DNA of 59,293 nt, counting the filler, from Sphacelaria rigidula (taxonomy: Eukaryota): assembly GCA_964200075.2 (NCBI GenBank). It is 8 parts of 8 records of this genome, joined end to end, with 100 filler letters (N's around TTAATTAATTAA, not from the genome) between each part and the next. Parts side by side here need not be neighbours in the genome. Positions count along the whole stretch, not along the records: positions 22,276 to 29,599 come from CAXNAA020015442.1; positions 29,700 to 37,023 come from CAXNAA020015443.1; positions 37,124 to 44,447 come from CAXNAA020015444.1; 5 more parts are not named here. One strand, written 5' to 3'. This document shows, piece by piece, positions 25,911 to 42,502 of the stretch; within the stretch, counting starts at the first letter, position 1, and each line of letters starts with the position of its first letter. The notes beneath the pieces are model-generated. The model searched no databases. It worked only from the letters and a program-made list of their open reading frames with translations, and was not told the origin of the DNA. The translations under genes and the position numbers were made by a program.

Positions 25911-27148
25911 ATACAAGACATCATGCTGTCAGTCTCGCGTTGTTTAAAGGTGTACGTTATCACGCTGAGATGTGAAATGCTAAAAAAGTAGAAAGCAGCA
26001 ATTATATTCCTGCCGCACGCATGATGCGCAGGTCATTCAGGCTCTGCGCTCAGGCGCGTCAGATGGGGAAACATATGCGTTGCCTCGACCACTCCGTGGG
26101 TCCGGCCGATTACAATGGAAACGAACGGGCGTAGTGTCTCATGACGCGAAACGTGGAGATTGTTTTTTCGATAATTATCCATGTATAGACGTGAACAACT
26201 CTGCACTCTCATCCCAAATCCTGCATTTTGTCAACCCGCTGCTCTTACCGCCCTTGGGTGCATCTTTGGCGGCACGCCTGCTCCCGCCACTCTTACACAA
26301 ACACAAAGTGGTCCCATGCCGACCCCACTCGGGCTGGGCAATACACCCGCACCACATGAAGTCCCAGAAATAACAGGTGGGCACATGACGATCACTATAG
26401 CCCCGCTCTCCACCGTTTGCCCTCCCCGGCCGCCATGCGAGGTTGGCCGCTCCTTTTGCCTCGCGGTAAATGCCCCTACTCTTTTACTTGCTCTCGCCTC
26501 ATGAAGACGTTCGTGCCATGTCCCTGCCTTGGACCGCTCCACCTACTTGCGTCTACTGGCCCCGCGTCACTCCGGCACCGGCTTTCGGACATGAGTGGCT
26601 GCAATATATCCCACCCACTTGCACCTCGTGCATTTCGTCCTGGCGCACGTTGGAAACGGGTGCTGCAAAGGCTGTCCTGCCTTGAGGCAATTCCGACACT
26701 GGAACTACAGCTGATCTGGCGGGGGGTTTGCGAGTTGCTCGCTCTGCTTCTGCGCATGCTGCTGCGCTCTCTCCGCGCGCTGCGCCGGCGTCGCTGCCGG
26801 TAGCATCCCGGCGGCTCCCATGCTCTTCTACGGCCCCGCCTGGTGCATCGGCGCCGTGGCTTGTCCTGGCAGGGATGGATACGCTTCTGCAGGTCCATGA
26901 CTGAAGTTCTGCGCCGCCACAACGCCAGGCGGAAAACCCCCGCCCCCAGCGTGCATAGTTGAAGTAGCGGCGACAGGGTAGAAACCGGCCCCGACGAACC
27001 GCCTCGCTGCTCCCCCATAGCCTTCCTCATAAAAGCCACGGCCCTGCTGCGGCCACTGTCCCCGCCCGCGCGCCTGCCTCTGACCCCCAGCGCATGGGCG
27101 CGCCAGCTTGGTCATGCTCATTTGCTTGCGCATTCGCCGTTGATCGTC

Positions 27149-27439
27149 CACGGGTGGCCACTGGGGTCTGTAACCTGGCCATTTTGGGACCTTATCCACC
27201 TTTGGTAAGGTCCGCGGATTGGGTAGACAACTGAAGAGCATTCGCACAGCATAGACAGGTTCGAAACAAAGCATGTTCCACTCTACAGGGGAGTACCTGC
27301 CTATAGACTGGACATGTTTGGTTTCGATCCTGTCCATGCTGTGCGAATGCTCTTCAGTTGTCTACTCAATCCGCGGACCTTACCAAAGGTGGATAAGGTC
27401 CCAAAATGGCCAGGTTACAGACCCCAGTGGCCACTCGTG
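27149..27439. mobile_element. 291-bp near-perfect palindrome (foldback/MITE) with CAC...GTG termini
   Basis: Arms of about 140 bp are almost exact reverse complements, flanked on both sides by TC. Confidence 0.8.
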
Positions 27440-28429
27440 TCTCATAACGACGCTGTGGGCACCCCTTTCCGGTGCGGCAATTTAAGTTCGGCTAAGCATT
27501 GGAGCGCGTTGCCGGGCAGCGCTTTCATAAATTCGGTGCGGGTTAGCCAGTGCTTGAAAAGCTCCCGCTACCGATGCATGTGCCTGTCCCCTGGTACCAC
27601 CATAGTTTCGCGCAACCCTTGCTTCCAATCCTCCACTCTAAACAACCGTTGGGCATTTATCAAAACGCCCATGAGGAAATTCATGTTGCGGTCACACTGC
27701 GCAAATAAGATAATCAAATATCCGTAATAAGCAAAGAACAAAAGGGAAAAAACGAAGAAAGCAACCGCTCATCGTCAAACGGTGCGATCTTGCACACGCC
27801 GCTCTGTGTTACTCGCACCGTTGTCATGTGCCCAAAAGCGTTCCTTGCTCAAATATGTCACGCTGCATGCACTGCCTCCCCGATCGGCACCCTATTATTT
27901 TGGTTTTGAACATTGCATCATCTGTTGCTTGCGCTACATCATTTTCTTCTTCACACGGTGGCGTGTGCGTACTCTCGTCGGCGGGCAAACGATAGTACTA
28001 ACATTCGCAATCAGAACGTGCATGCCATGCGTGGTCACTCACTCCAAGTTCACCCTTGCTGAAATGCGCCAACCCTCACTGCCCCCCTGCCTGCACCCGC
28101 GCTGCGCACATTGCAACCGCTGCCGTTTGTTGTATATCAGTCTCGTTCACTAGCATGCTTGCTGTTTGTTCTGCACCGCAACAGCGCTCTGCACCCACTC
28201 TACGAACATTTGCATTACATATGCACCCGACACTCCCTTATGCTCACTGCTTACGCGCACCCTAGCACCGCCGTGATAGTGGTGGCCACAACTCGCAAAT
28301 ACCACTACTTCATCAAATAAATGCTCGCCGCACGCTTGAAATTCGCGTTTATGTGCTGCGCACCCGCTGCTACCAACTCAACACCCGTCCTGCTAGTGTT
28401 GGGAAAGAGAGGACTGTCGAAGGGTCAGC

Positions 28430-28636
28430 CCTTTGACCGCGAGGGTAGATCATCTCTCCATGCGCTCATTTTTCAAGTGAAGTCGATGCTGATTCAGCAG
28501 ATGACTTATGTTCACGGTCGAAGAGTTAAGCCCTTGACCGCGAGAGTAGGTCATCTGGATCATGCTTTATTTGTTTGTTTCAAGTGACTTCGGTACCGAT
28601 TCAACAGATGACGTATGCTTGCCGTCAAAGGGTTAA
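28430..28636. repeat. Two tandem copies of a roughly 100-bp TTAA-bounded mini-element; third inverted copy at about 28950-29056
   Basis: CCCTTGACCGCGAG.GTAG.TCATCT...TCAAGTGA...GATTCA.CAGATGAC...AAGGGTTAA repeated. Confidence 0.6.
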
Positions 28637-28750
28637 ATGAAGTGTGCATAAATAACTACCTCTCCCCAGCACACGGTTGACTTGTGGCTTGGAGACAGCT
28701 GTTTCTCCCTTAGACTATTTGCCGTTGGGGATTGCTGCGGGCTGGGTCGT

Positions 28751-28940
28751 TGCTGGAGTGCCACTGCTTGACGTTGAGCATTGAGTGATGTTTATACCAC
28801 TGCTGGGGTGCCACTGCGTGCCGTTGGTTAGTGAGTGATGTTCGTACCACTCCTGGAGTGCCACTGCGTGCCGTTGGGCAGTGAGTGATGTTTATGCCAC
28901 CGCTGGAGTGCCATTACTTGACGTTGGGTAGTAAGTGATG
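28751..28940. repeat. Minisatellite of about 50 bp, four copies
   Basis: GCTGGAGTGCCACTGC.TG.CGTTGG..AGTGAGTGATGTTTATACCAC units. Confidence 0.85.
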
Positions 28941-31900
28941 CATATCCTTGAAGTATGCATGATCCAGATAGGTCACCTGCTGAATCGGCATCAATTTCAC
29001 TTGGAAAAATAATGAGTAATCAAGATGGACTACCCGCACCACGGTCTAAGGGTTAACCCTCTGACTGTTGTTGTCCTTGTGGTTGTCTTGGTTGATATTG
29101 TTGTTGTTGACGATGCTGTTGTTATTGTTGTCGCTGTCGTTGTTGCTGTTGTTGTTGCTGTTGTTGTTGTTTTCACAGTGAAAACCGCTGCTCAGATTGC
29201 TCGGCCCGAAGCCTACTGATTATTTTGCATTTGGATGATAGGCTACAATGAGTTGCCTTATTATCTGGTGTCGCCACTTCCTGAGACAGCCACGGCTTAT
29301 AAAAACGTTTTCGTGGAATCGAGAGTTGAAGGTGAGATTTCGAGTGAAAAGCGGTCGATTAGTGAATAAGCCGTTTCAGTTCCGAAATGCACCTCCGCCA
29401 GGCCCAATATTCTCTCTGTAGTAGCTTGCTACTGAGGCCCTCGATACCACTGAGTAGGATATCAACGTGTGTAAACAGCGGATCATCTATGTTGAGGATG
29501 GTGCTTTTTGTTGAGGATGAACGACACGTGAAATTGTATCCTGGAGGTGCAAAAGTATTTTCCCTCGGAAATGATTTTGTAGTTGAAGGGAGCACCACGN
29601 NNNNNNNNNNNNNNNNNNNNNNNNNNNNNNNNNNNNNNNNNNNTTAATTAATTAANNNNNNNNNNNNNNNNNNNNNNNNNNNNNNNNNNNNNNNNNNNNT
29701 TTTTTTGTTTGTCGGTGCTGCCCTGTGCGTGGGGCGGCCGTGTTTTTTGCCGTGTGTGGGGGGGGGGGGGGGGGGGGGGGGGGGGATTTTGGACCATTTT
29801 TTTCAGAAAGTTTCACCTCAAGTCGTCGTTGAAAGCAGCAAGAGTGTTCTAACGTAAGTCACACTCATCCATACCGCTCGTAACGGCTTTCATCCAAATA
29901 CAAGCGTACCGCGGGTGGTTGGGTCGTCTGAAACACCGATGAGCCCATTGTCTTCGTGCAACCGAACACCCCACACACACACTACCGTAGATGGCGAGAC
30001 ACACATGAGGCAGTGTGGAACCCGTCGCTGTCTCTGGACGTTGCAACACCAGAAAATGAAGCAACTCATTGGAGGCTGTCATCCATATGCAAGATATCCG
30101 TACGCTCAGGGCCGAACAATATTTGCACGATGCAGCTCACGCTTCGTGCGACTCGCCGAGCACATAACGGCGCTTCGCACTTGGTGATTGATTCCGGTCC
30201 TGGTGCGGCGAAACCCAGCGTGCTCCGTCTACGCTCCGTAGGCATGTGGTGTCCGTGGCCACATATATGCCCACGGCATGCGAGATCATGAATACATACC
30301 ACCCGCATCGTACAACCACTCGGAGGCGAAACAAAACGTACAAACACGTTCAAGGGATGAGCCCTCCGACTCCAGTGTCCGACCTCTTTGTTTGTGTTTT
30401 TGCACAGTTTGAACCCCTTCCTTTCCTCAGCAACAGTCCGGTTCTCAATGGATCAACCCACATTTCCCCTGCTACACGCCTTGCTACACGCCTTGTTGCA
30501 TTTTGGTCCCGCCGATCGGATCAGAACTCACTTTTTTTTTCCACTCGCGCCCTCACGATTTGAACGACGAAAATCATATACTTCTTGGAAACAAAAAGAC
30601 AAACGCACCTCGCGGAAATCGAATCCGCTTTATTTCCACCCAAATGCTGTCAAATTCTACCGTTGCACTAACGGGGTGTGGCGGCCCCACCAGTTCATAC
30701 CCGTCATCAGCATATCGTTGCGATAAATACTTCATCGGGTGCGAATCCGGACATTTTGTTTTCTTCAATAACTCTTCCCAATCAAGATGCGCGGATTCCT
30801 CCGCCTATGCGTATCCGAGCTTGAAAAGACTAGTGGCATGGAAATGGACCATGTGTGTGCTCCTTTCAGTATTCTAGACCCCCCACATCAAACTGGCTAC
30901 AATAATTGATTCGTTTGTTTGATCCATTGTTTGATTGAGCCATTGTCACAAGATATAGATGTTCATGGCGGGATGCACTTGCTGAATTCAGCGACGTAGT
31001 AAACAAAGAACGAAGAAGATTAAAGAGAAGAAAAAAGAAGGTGGTGACTTTTTCAAGTTGATTGTCGCAACTAAACTCAACCCGTGGTCACAAGATAGAC
31101 GTAATAGAAAACGAAACAACTTCATGAAAGCAAGAGAACACAAATGAAAAGAGGCGAAACGGGGCAACGCCGGGCTGAGATGTATCGGTGCCAACAAAGA
31201 GAAGAGGTGGCACGCCCCTGCCGCACAGAACAAGGGCTTACGGAAATGGTTAGGGCTGTGAACTGGCTGCTCTGGCCAGTCAAGTTGAAACTGGCCGCTG
31301 GTGCGGCCAGTACATCGATTGTTTTCCAGTTAATCGGCGACGAGCGGCTTCGCCACTCGCCGCCAACGCCCCCCCCCCCGGCTGGTGAGGGGGCCCGCGG
31401 GAGCGCCACCGGAAGCGAGAAAAATTGCATCATTTGGCTTATTTTTCCTTCAAAAATGTGGAAAATTGTAGAAAATATGACCCACCCCTCACATTGAAGA
31501 GCTAAAAGTCTTAGATGACACAGGAGTGCCCCAAAAAATCCTCCGAGACCCAATGTACCTCCCCCCCCCCTCCCCAAACTGCTTGAGTGCGCCCCCTCCT
31601 CCCCTCCCTCCGGCGGTCGTAGGATTTTATTTTCACATCAAGAAACACCCAATAAATGGCCATTTGGGGGCGACTTGGGTGAGGTAGCGTCCATGATTGT
31701 TGGCCATATCTACCACCACAAGATGCGACGCACATTGGACGCAAACTGACGGTGCACATCGATGCGTTGAGCTTGATTGAACAAGCATTGCAGAGCGTTG
31801 TGATATTTGTCCGGTCTTGTTCTTGTCGTGGAAGTGTATGGTGCAATGTATTGCCGAAACCCATAAATATGACTTGACCTTACTTGGCTCTGAAGGAATG

Positions 31901-33974
31901 CGAAGAATGAAAGCTTCATTAACACGAATTTTGATTTTTTATATACGTTTTGGTTTTTTAAAAAATCTTCATCTACTATTTTTCATTATCATTCGTGTAT
32001 GGGATTTAGTAACCCCCCCTCCTCCCCCCGAACAACTCCAGGATTCAAAAAAGGGGCATAGGGTCTCGGATTGGGTTTCTGGGCACTCTCCGATTGCCTT
32101 CAAATCCCATTCATCTGTAATATGCAACAGCAGACTCTCCGTGAGGAGAGGAGGATGCAAACAAGCTAAGGCTGACAGCACGCGGGGATAAGAGCACAAC
32201 ATGATTCACACCCGGACCCACAAGCACACATGCAGTTTAATTGCAAGCCATGGTGTACTTTGTATTTCATGGTCGCGGATTACCGTTTGTTTGCTATTTT
32301 TTATTCCAGGTGTGCTATGAAACGACAAAACTGGCATACATCCGCAATATCACCTCGAGATGTAGTGACCACGAGTACTGTACTGTACTGTCTGTACCTG
32401 TACTGTTGTCAGGTGCAGACCCCGATCCTACTGCCATTTTGTTCGTTATCATGTAAGCACCTTTGTTATAAAATCACGATACTCAAAGTGGTATAAACAT
32501 AGCCGGTAACGGCAAACTTCAAATAAACTGGATAAACTGGAGTCTTCATCACTAGTTCCAGTGAAACTGCCAGTACAAACTGGTCCAGTTCACAGCCCTA
32601 GAAATGGTGCCAAGGCCCCGTTAACGCACAAGTGGATATTCTCACGTCGCGCTTTCATAAAGTGCGAGAAAGTACGACATAAGCTTTATTGTACTGCACG
32701 GCATGAGCATGGATTTGGCTACCGTAACAACACAAGCAAAAGATAAACAGCGGGTAGATCTGCATTCACTGTGGACGCGGCATCGGAATGAGCGGTCAAC
32801 CTCACGCAACATGATGCAAGCTAACTTGCTCTGTCTACACAAGGTGAGAGACGTACCATTTTGGTACCCGCAGCACATAAGTGATTCGTTCAACAATCGA
32901 TATTCTAGAGGTTAGTCACGTCTATGAGGTTAACAATCGATATCCTAGCAGTTAATTACGTGTATGCCTTCAACAATCGATATCCTAGCAGTTGATTACC
33001 ACACCTTTTATTCATCGGACACGCCTACTCAACCCTTGAACAGCGACCCCCCACAGGTGGACGGAGATGGACTATGCCACATTGAGGTTCAGAACAGCTC
33101 TTTTCTCGCAACACAAAACGCCTTTCTTCATAATCATGTAAACGTTGGGCATCTATATGGAAACATTTCCCGGAAATCCCCGGACCGGTTCTCACCCTGC
33201 TGTCTATGGCGTGCAGAGTCTGTGTGTGTGCTGTGTGTCTTCGTTGTATACAACGGCAAAAAACAGCCAGCGTCCCATCGCTCTCCACTCAACACAGTCT
33301 GCTGCGCCATGTCTCTGCTGAGTGTTCCACAATAACACTACAGACAGTACGAAGCTATGGTGGCAATACATGAGGGGTCACACCACGGGCAGAGTAAAAG
33401 GCACGCTATTGGTGCCCATGTAATCCATGGTTGAATTGCCAAATGAGAGATACGGCTTGACAGCAAAGTGGGCCGTTCACCCGCAGTCTACCTCTCTAGG
33501 GGAACAAAGTGACCATTTTGATAGCCATGATTGATCAGAATGGCCACTCCGCTCCTCTCGGGCCTCGTTCCTAGCTCATTATTTTTCGTGCGAAACTTCC
33601 AACTACACATGCTTCACTTGGTGAGCTTTTTGTTTGTTCTGCGAATAGACCTCCATTACCCGTTAGAAAACCAGCCCCCCCCGCCCGCTGGAAACACCCA
33701 GACGTCCCTCGACTGTCAGCCTGTGGAACTGTTCCGAGGCGACGTTCGCTGTGTAGGGGTAAAACGCCCCAAGACTCGTTCGTCTTCAACCCTTGTCATT
33801 ATCCAGCCCTTACTGACACTTATATAATGTGTAGGCAGCGCTTTCCACCGCCCTTGCGTTCTATCGACTACACATCCCAGCAGCATCCGCCCAATTTCCC
33901 ATCATACACTATCCCGTGAATATCACGCTACCCGCACAATAGTAGCAACAACAACAACAAGTGCATTCATTCAC

Positions 33975-36030
33975 CTGCAAGTACGATGAGTATCCGACAG
34001 CGCCTCCACTAAAGCCTATCCTCTCCTTTCCGCCATCCGGCCTCTCCAAGTCGTAGATCACCATCACCGAGCCCCGGGTTACTCCCGTAGCCCCGATGAT
34101 CTTGACCGCCTTATCTTTGGCAGCCCTTCGTTTCTTGGTCTCAGGGTTGACAAAATCGAACCTCGCTGGCAGGGGGGGGTAGACGGGACGGGGGCAGCGG
34201 AACCCAAGAAGCAGGCAGCTCGTTCAACCCCCCTCGAGCGCCGAGTGCGTCGATTAGTTAAATCTGTCTGCATACTTTCCCGCTCAAGAAATTCCTTGCG
34301 TCAGGAGTCTCGTAGATGTTCCCGTGCACGCGATAAGAGGGGCCAAATATCTTTTTCCCAGGTAATTGGACACTTTCCTGCTGGTGCATGGTGGCTCCCA
34401 AGCGAGACTCACCAGGGCCGAGTCCAATATGTGTGTGTATATTGTCGTCCCATCTATTCTGGACGCCAGTCTACAGCATTTGGTATATGCGGGCCCACCA
34501 GCCGTGATCACACAGGAGGAAGGTCGGCACAGGTGCTTCTTTTTTTTTTTTCAAGTACCCCACCTTTCTTCTGCGGTGTTTGCCTTTATTTTTTATTGCG
34601 AGAAGGGTTCAGCAGTCCCTTTCCCTCGTCAACCGTTATGTCGACTGTTGTGTACCCACGACATAGTCGCTCTCCACTATTGGGCATTGTGTGAGAAAAA
34701 ATCCCAGATCGCTACTAGAATTGAACTCACGACCCAACCGTCAGGAGGTATCGAGGTTACCAACTGAGCCACCGGGGCGACCGGCTATACACAAATAAAA
34801 GGGCATAAAGATATATCCATTCGTGCTTAATAGGTATGTGTTGCTCTACCGATGATTCACCCACGGAAAGCAGCAGCTACTCAGCCAAACCGTTTCACAC
34901 GGTGGGACCTCCCCAGATGCTGTCGAACACCCATCCCCGCGTAGCAACGTTGTCCACACGATCGAAGAAAAAGAAAGGACCAGCCAGTCAGCGAAAAACC
35001 ACGAACCACGAACCAATAACCAATAACCAATAACCAGGAACTGAACTTGTTAATCAAGAGCCAAAAATGATAACCAAGCACCAAGAACTGAGAACCAAGA
35101 ATAGCCAGGGAAAGGTATAACAAGTTCGGGGGGGCCGTATCAGAAGTCCGGGTTTGGGCGCGTTCTGTTCACCTGTGGCCCCCGTCACCCAGCCGTTTGC
35201 GGCCGACCCCCGGCCGTGCTTGACTAGATGCCAAGGTCCACCCTCGTCCAACCTCTCTTCCATAACCCGAGTCCGTCTGGCCAGGTCCGTGCGGTGCAAG
35301 ATGCGAATGAGATCGGGGAATCTCTCCTTCCATCGTTCGTGGCCTGTCCGGATGCATTGGACGGAAAATAATAGAATCAGATCACACCCGAGAAATAAAC
35401 ACCATGGGTTACCATCCAGGGTCATGAGTCCAATGGGGGCCCGGAAACTTGCGTGTAACCTAGGGGTGGTGTGTGTGTCATACTTCACCAGTGTGTTTCA
35501 TGCTTGTGCCACACTGCATTGTATGCAATACTCCAGTGTGTGCTACACTGCAGTGTATCACAAGTTTCTTGAGAGCGGAATATCACATGTAACTGAGGGG
35601 TGGTATGCCGTTCTCCGGCGTGTTTCATACTCAAGTGTGTCATGACCCAGCGTGTGCCATGCGTCAGTGTGCGCCATACTCCGGTATACGTGCTGCACTC
35701 CAATGTATGTGTGATGTACAGCACACTCCGTCACGGTGCTGCCAACACCGCTAACGCTAGCCCAAACCTCATCACGCAGGTTGCGTTCACGGATCGACAT
35801 ACCGGTCATACTCTTTCAATGTTATGTCTTTCATTCTTGCCATACCCTTCAATCTCTCCTCTTCTTGGGATGTTTTCGTAGTTTCAACGGTTAAAACTAT
35901 CTGTCGCCCGCCCTGCATGTACCTGCCTGACACTTCTTCATCGAGGAATTTGATCGGATCATGACAGTCAGCGCTCCCACACCCCGCCGACTCTCGTCAA
36001 ATGTTGTTTGTTCGCCACTCGGATCCTCAT
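33975..36030 (-). CDS. Metallo-beta-lactamase-fold protein, internal exons (partial gene; metal ligands appear substituted)
   Basis: Phase-compatible exons: 36030-35923 (tentative), 35343-35173 (GHERWKERFPDLIRILHRTD...EERLDEGGPWHL) and 34165-33975 (VKIIGATGVTRGSVMVIYD...IGFSGGAVGYS). They resemble algal/plant/cyanobacterial MBL-fold proteins (DHxRWxERF...RILH..D...GPW...PGHTRGS...LFTGD). The family assignment is from memory, not from a search. Confidence 0.6.
34428..34785 (-). mobile_element. tRNA-derived SINE
   Basis: Minus-strand head GGTGGCTCAGTTGGTAA (A box)...GAGTTCAATTC (B box), then a roughly 280-bp non-tRNA body and a CA-rich tail. Homologous copies occur elsewhere in the window. Confidence 0.75.
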
Positions 36031-37529
36031 CTTTCCAACCCCGAAAAAACAGATTCTACCTCAAAATATTGTAAGGGTGTGTGTTGAGCAGGCCATTTCC
36101 TAGATTTGGGTTTTTCGAAAAATCGTACTCTGCGCGCCCAAACTTGGAGTAGAGTGTTGAGACCGTACTCAACAATACCCAGGCATTGGGTAAAATAATG
36201 CGATCGTACCTAACTGCACGCAGTTTTTGGGCAGAGTTTGGCGATCTCACCATCGCAACACAAAATTCGAGAGAGTTACTGCCCGTGTATTTTCTGAATG
36301 GCTGTTGATTGTTGATGCACCAGTTAGATCACCGGGGCGCGGCGGCGCTGTGTTGGGCTAATGCCTGCGGCTTTTCGTACGGTGCGAAATCTTCAACTCT
36401 TGAAATCAGGATTCGATTTGTGCTGTCAAAGAGCGTACAAAAAGATAAATAGCGACTATATACATCAAAACGAAAAAGCTTGCTTTTGAAGAAAAATGGA
36501 TATTTACGGGAACAATATATGGCAGACTCTTCATGATTTATCGCGAGTGTGCAGCTATTGGAGTAGTTCCCCGCCAACACCATGAGGGTAATTACGCGAG
36601 TAGTGGAGATGAACCATCCCCCGAGCTAAGGATAAGGATATATCTCATTGTCGAGACAAGGGGAGTTGATAAACTCAGAGTATCTTGGCGTGGCTTTTGC
36701 GCGAAACCTACGCTTCACACGCATGACTATTGCTCTTGTATTATAGAGGTTGAAATTTGGAAGGGGGGAAAGTGAAAACAGAAGCTCCAATCATTTGGGT
36801 GTCAATATTCCTGGCAACGCAATATCATACAAGAAATAAAAACAATTGGCATCTCAGTTTTCATGTGAAAACAACAACAAAAACAACACCACCACCACCG
36901 ACAACAACAACAACAACAACAACATCTCAAAAACTGTGCGCATCTCCCCCCCCCAATAGCCTGGTCCGGCGAGAACCCGGCGTGCTCCGTCCCGGCTTTG
37001 TAGGGGCGGACCCGCGATGGGGCNNNNNNNNNNNNNNNNNNNNNNNNNNNNNNNNNNNNNNNNNNNNTTAATTAATTAANNNNNNNNNNNNNNNNNNNNN
37101 NNNNNNNNNNNNNNNNNNNNNNNATGGAGGAATGGGACTTCAACCTCATTTTATGTTTCAACCCCAAAAATTAGGATCGGCTGTTAATACTGAATAACCC
37201 GCCTGCCGGCACAAGGAAAATTGGATATGTGTCGGTACCATGATTCCAATCTCTTCAGCGATTGGGAATCGCCAAACGAGGATACACAAAGGACACGGGC
37301 GAGGGGATTCCTTTCCGCCGTCGCTCCTCCGGTTGTATCGTCGTCGACACGCGTGTACACCGCATTCATTCGGTGCATCTAGCCACACCTGCTCAACCAC
37401 GACACAAACGTTTTTTACGAAGATGCTTTCCCTTGGCATAACTGTTTCGCACAAACGTAGGTTTTTGGCAGGCCGCACTTGAACCTCATTTTAGTGTTCA
37501 ACCCCATTTTCGAGGATTTCCTGTAATAA

Positions 37530-37857
37530 TTGGTATATATGTGTGTTGTTGTCCCATCTATTCTGGACGCTGGTCCACACCTTTCGGTATATGTGGGCGC
37601 ACCAGCCGGGGTTACACAGGGGCAAGGCCAACACGGGATTTTTTTTCAGCTCTCCACCTTCCTCCTGCGGGGCTTGCTTTTATTTTCTATCGCTGCAGTC
37701 CCTTTCCCTCGTCGACCATTAAGTCGATTTTTGTGTACGCACGACATAGTCGCTCTCCACTCTTAGGCATTGTGTGAGGAAAAATCCCAGATCGCTTCGA
37801 GATTCGAACCCACGACCCCACCGTCAGAAGGTGTCGAGGTTACCAACTGAGCCACCG
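37530..37857 (-). mobile_element. tRNA-derived SINE, second copy
   Basis: A box TGGCTCAGTTGG, B box GGTTCGAATC, same body as 34428-34785. 3' fragments also occur at about 46190-46330 and about 51971-52085. Confidence 0.75.
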
Positions 37858-38250
37858 CGTATCTATACTTCATAACTCTACGTCTGCATGCATACGGACG
37901 AGTAGATATGTCGAACGTTGTAGGATTACTATCGCCGTGTTGCTCATCTCACCGCTACATCGCGCGGCGTGGGTACGCAATTCTTGTTTTACAACTACTG
38001 CTGGGGATTGCCTTCTGGGACAGCCAACTTGATATTCTGACCGCGGGTCTGAACGGTAGAGCAATGTATTCTAGCTGTCGGAATAAGGCTGAAAAAGGTA
38101 CATGTATCACAGCGAGGAGCGATATTTCAGGGTACTGCTACACATGTTTCGTACTCCTCTCAAGTCATCATCCGCTCTCGTCGTGCTGTGAGGCGCTCTA
38201 TCTGTCACAGCCTGCTTCGTGAGTCAGCACGTTGTTGGCGTCGCAGCGCA

Positions 38251-42502
<4,252 letters not shown>

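Noticed and set aside
26400-27130. GC-rich overlapping ORFs as DIRS gag
   Set aside because: The position upstream of pol fits, but I recognise no motif, so it is left uncalled.
28751-28940. CRISPR-like repeat array
   Set aside because: Whole units repeat with no unique spacers, there are no cas genes, and the context is eukaryotic. It is a minisatellite.
29359-29598. Possible retroelement integrase zinc-finger fragment
   Set aside because: The resemblance is weak (LLQREYW) and it is truncated at the contig end.
37790-37857. tRNA gene
   Set aside because: A and B boxes are present, but there is no convincing cloverleaf and it is fused to a repeated SINE body.
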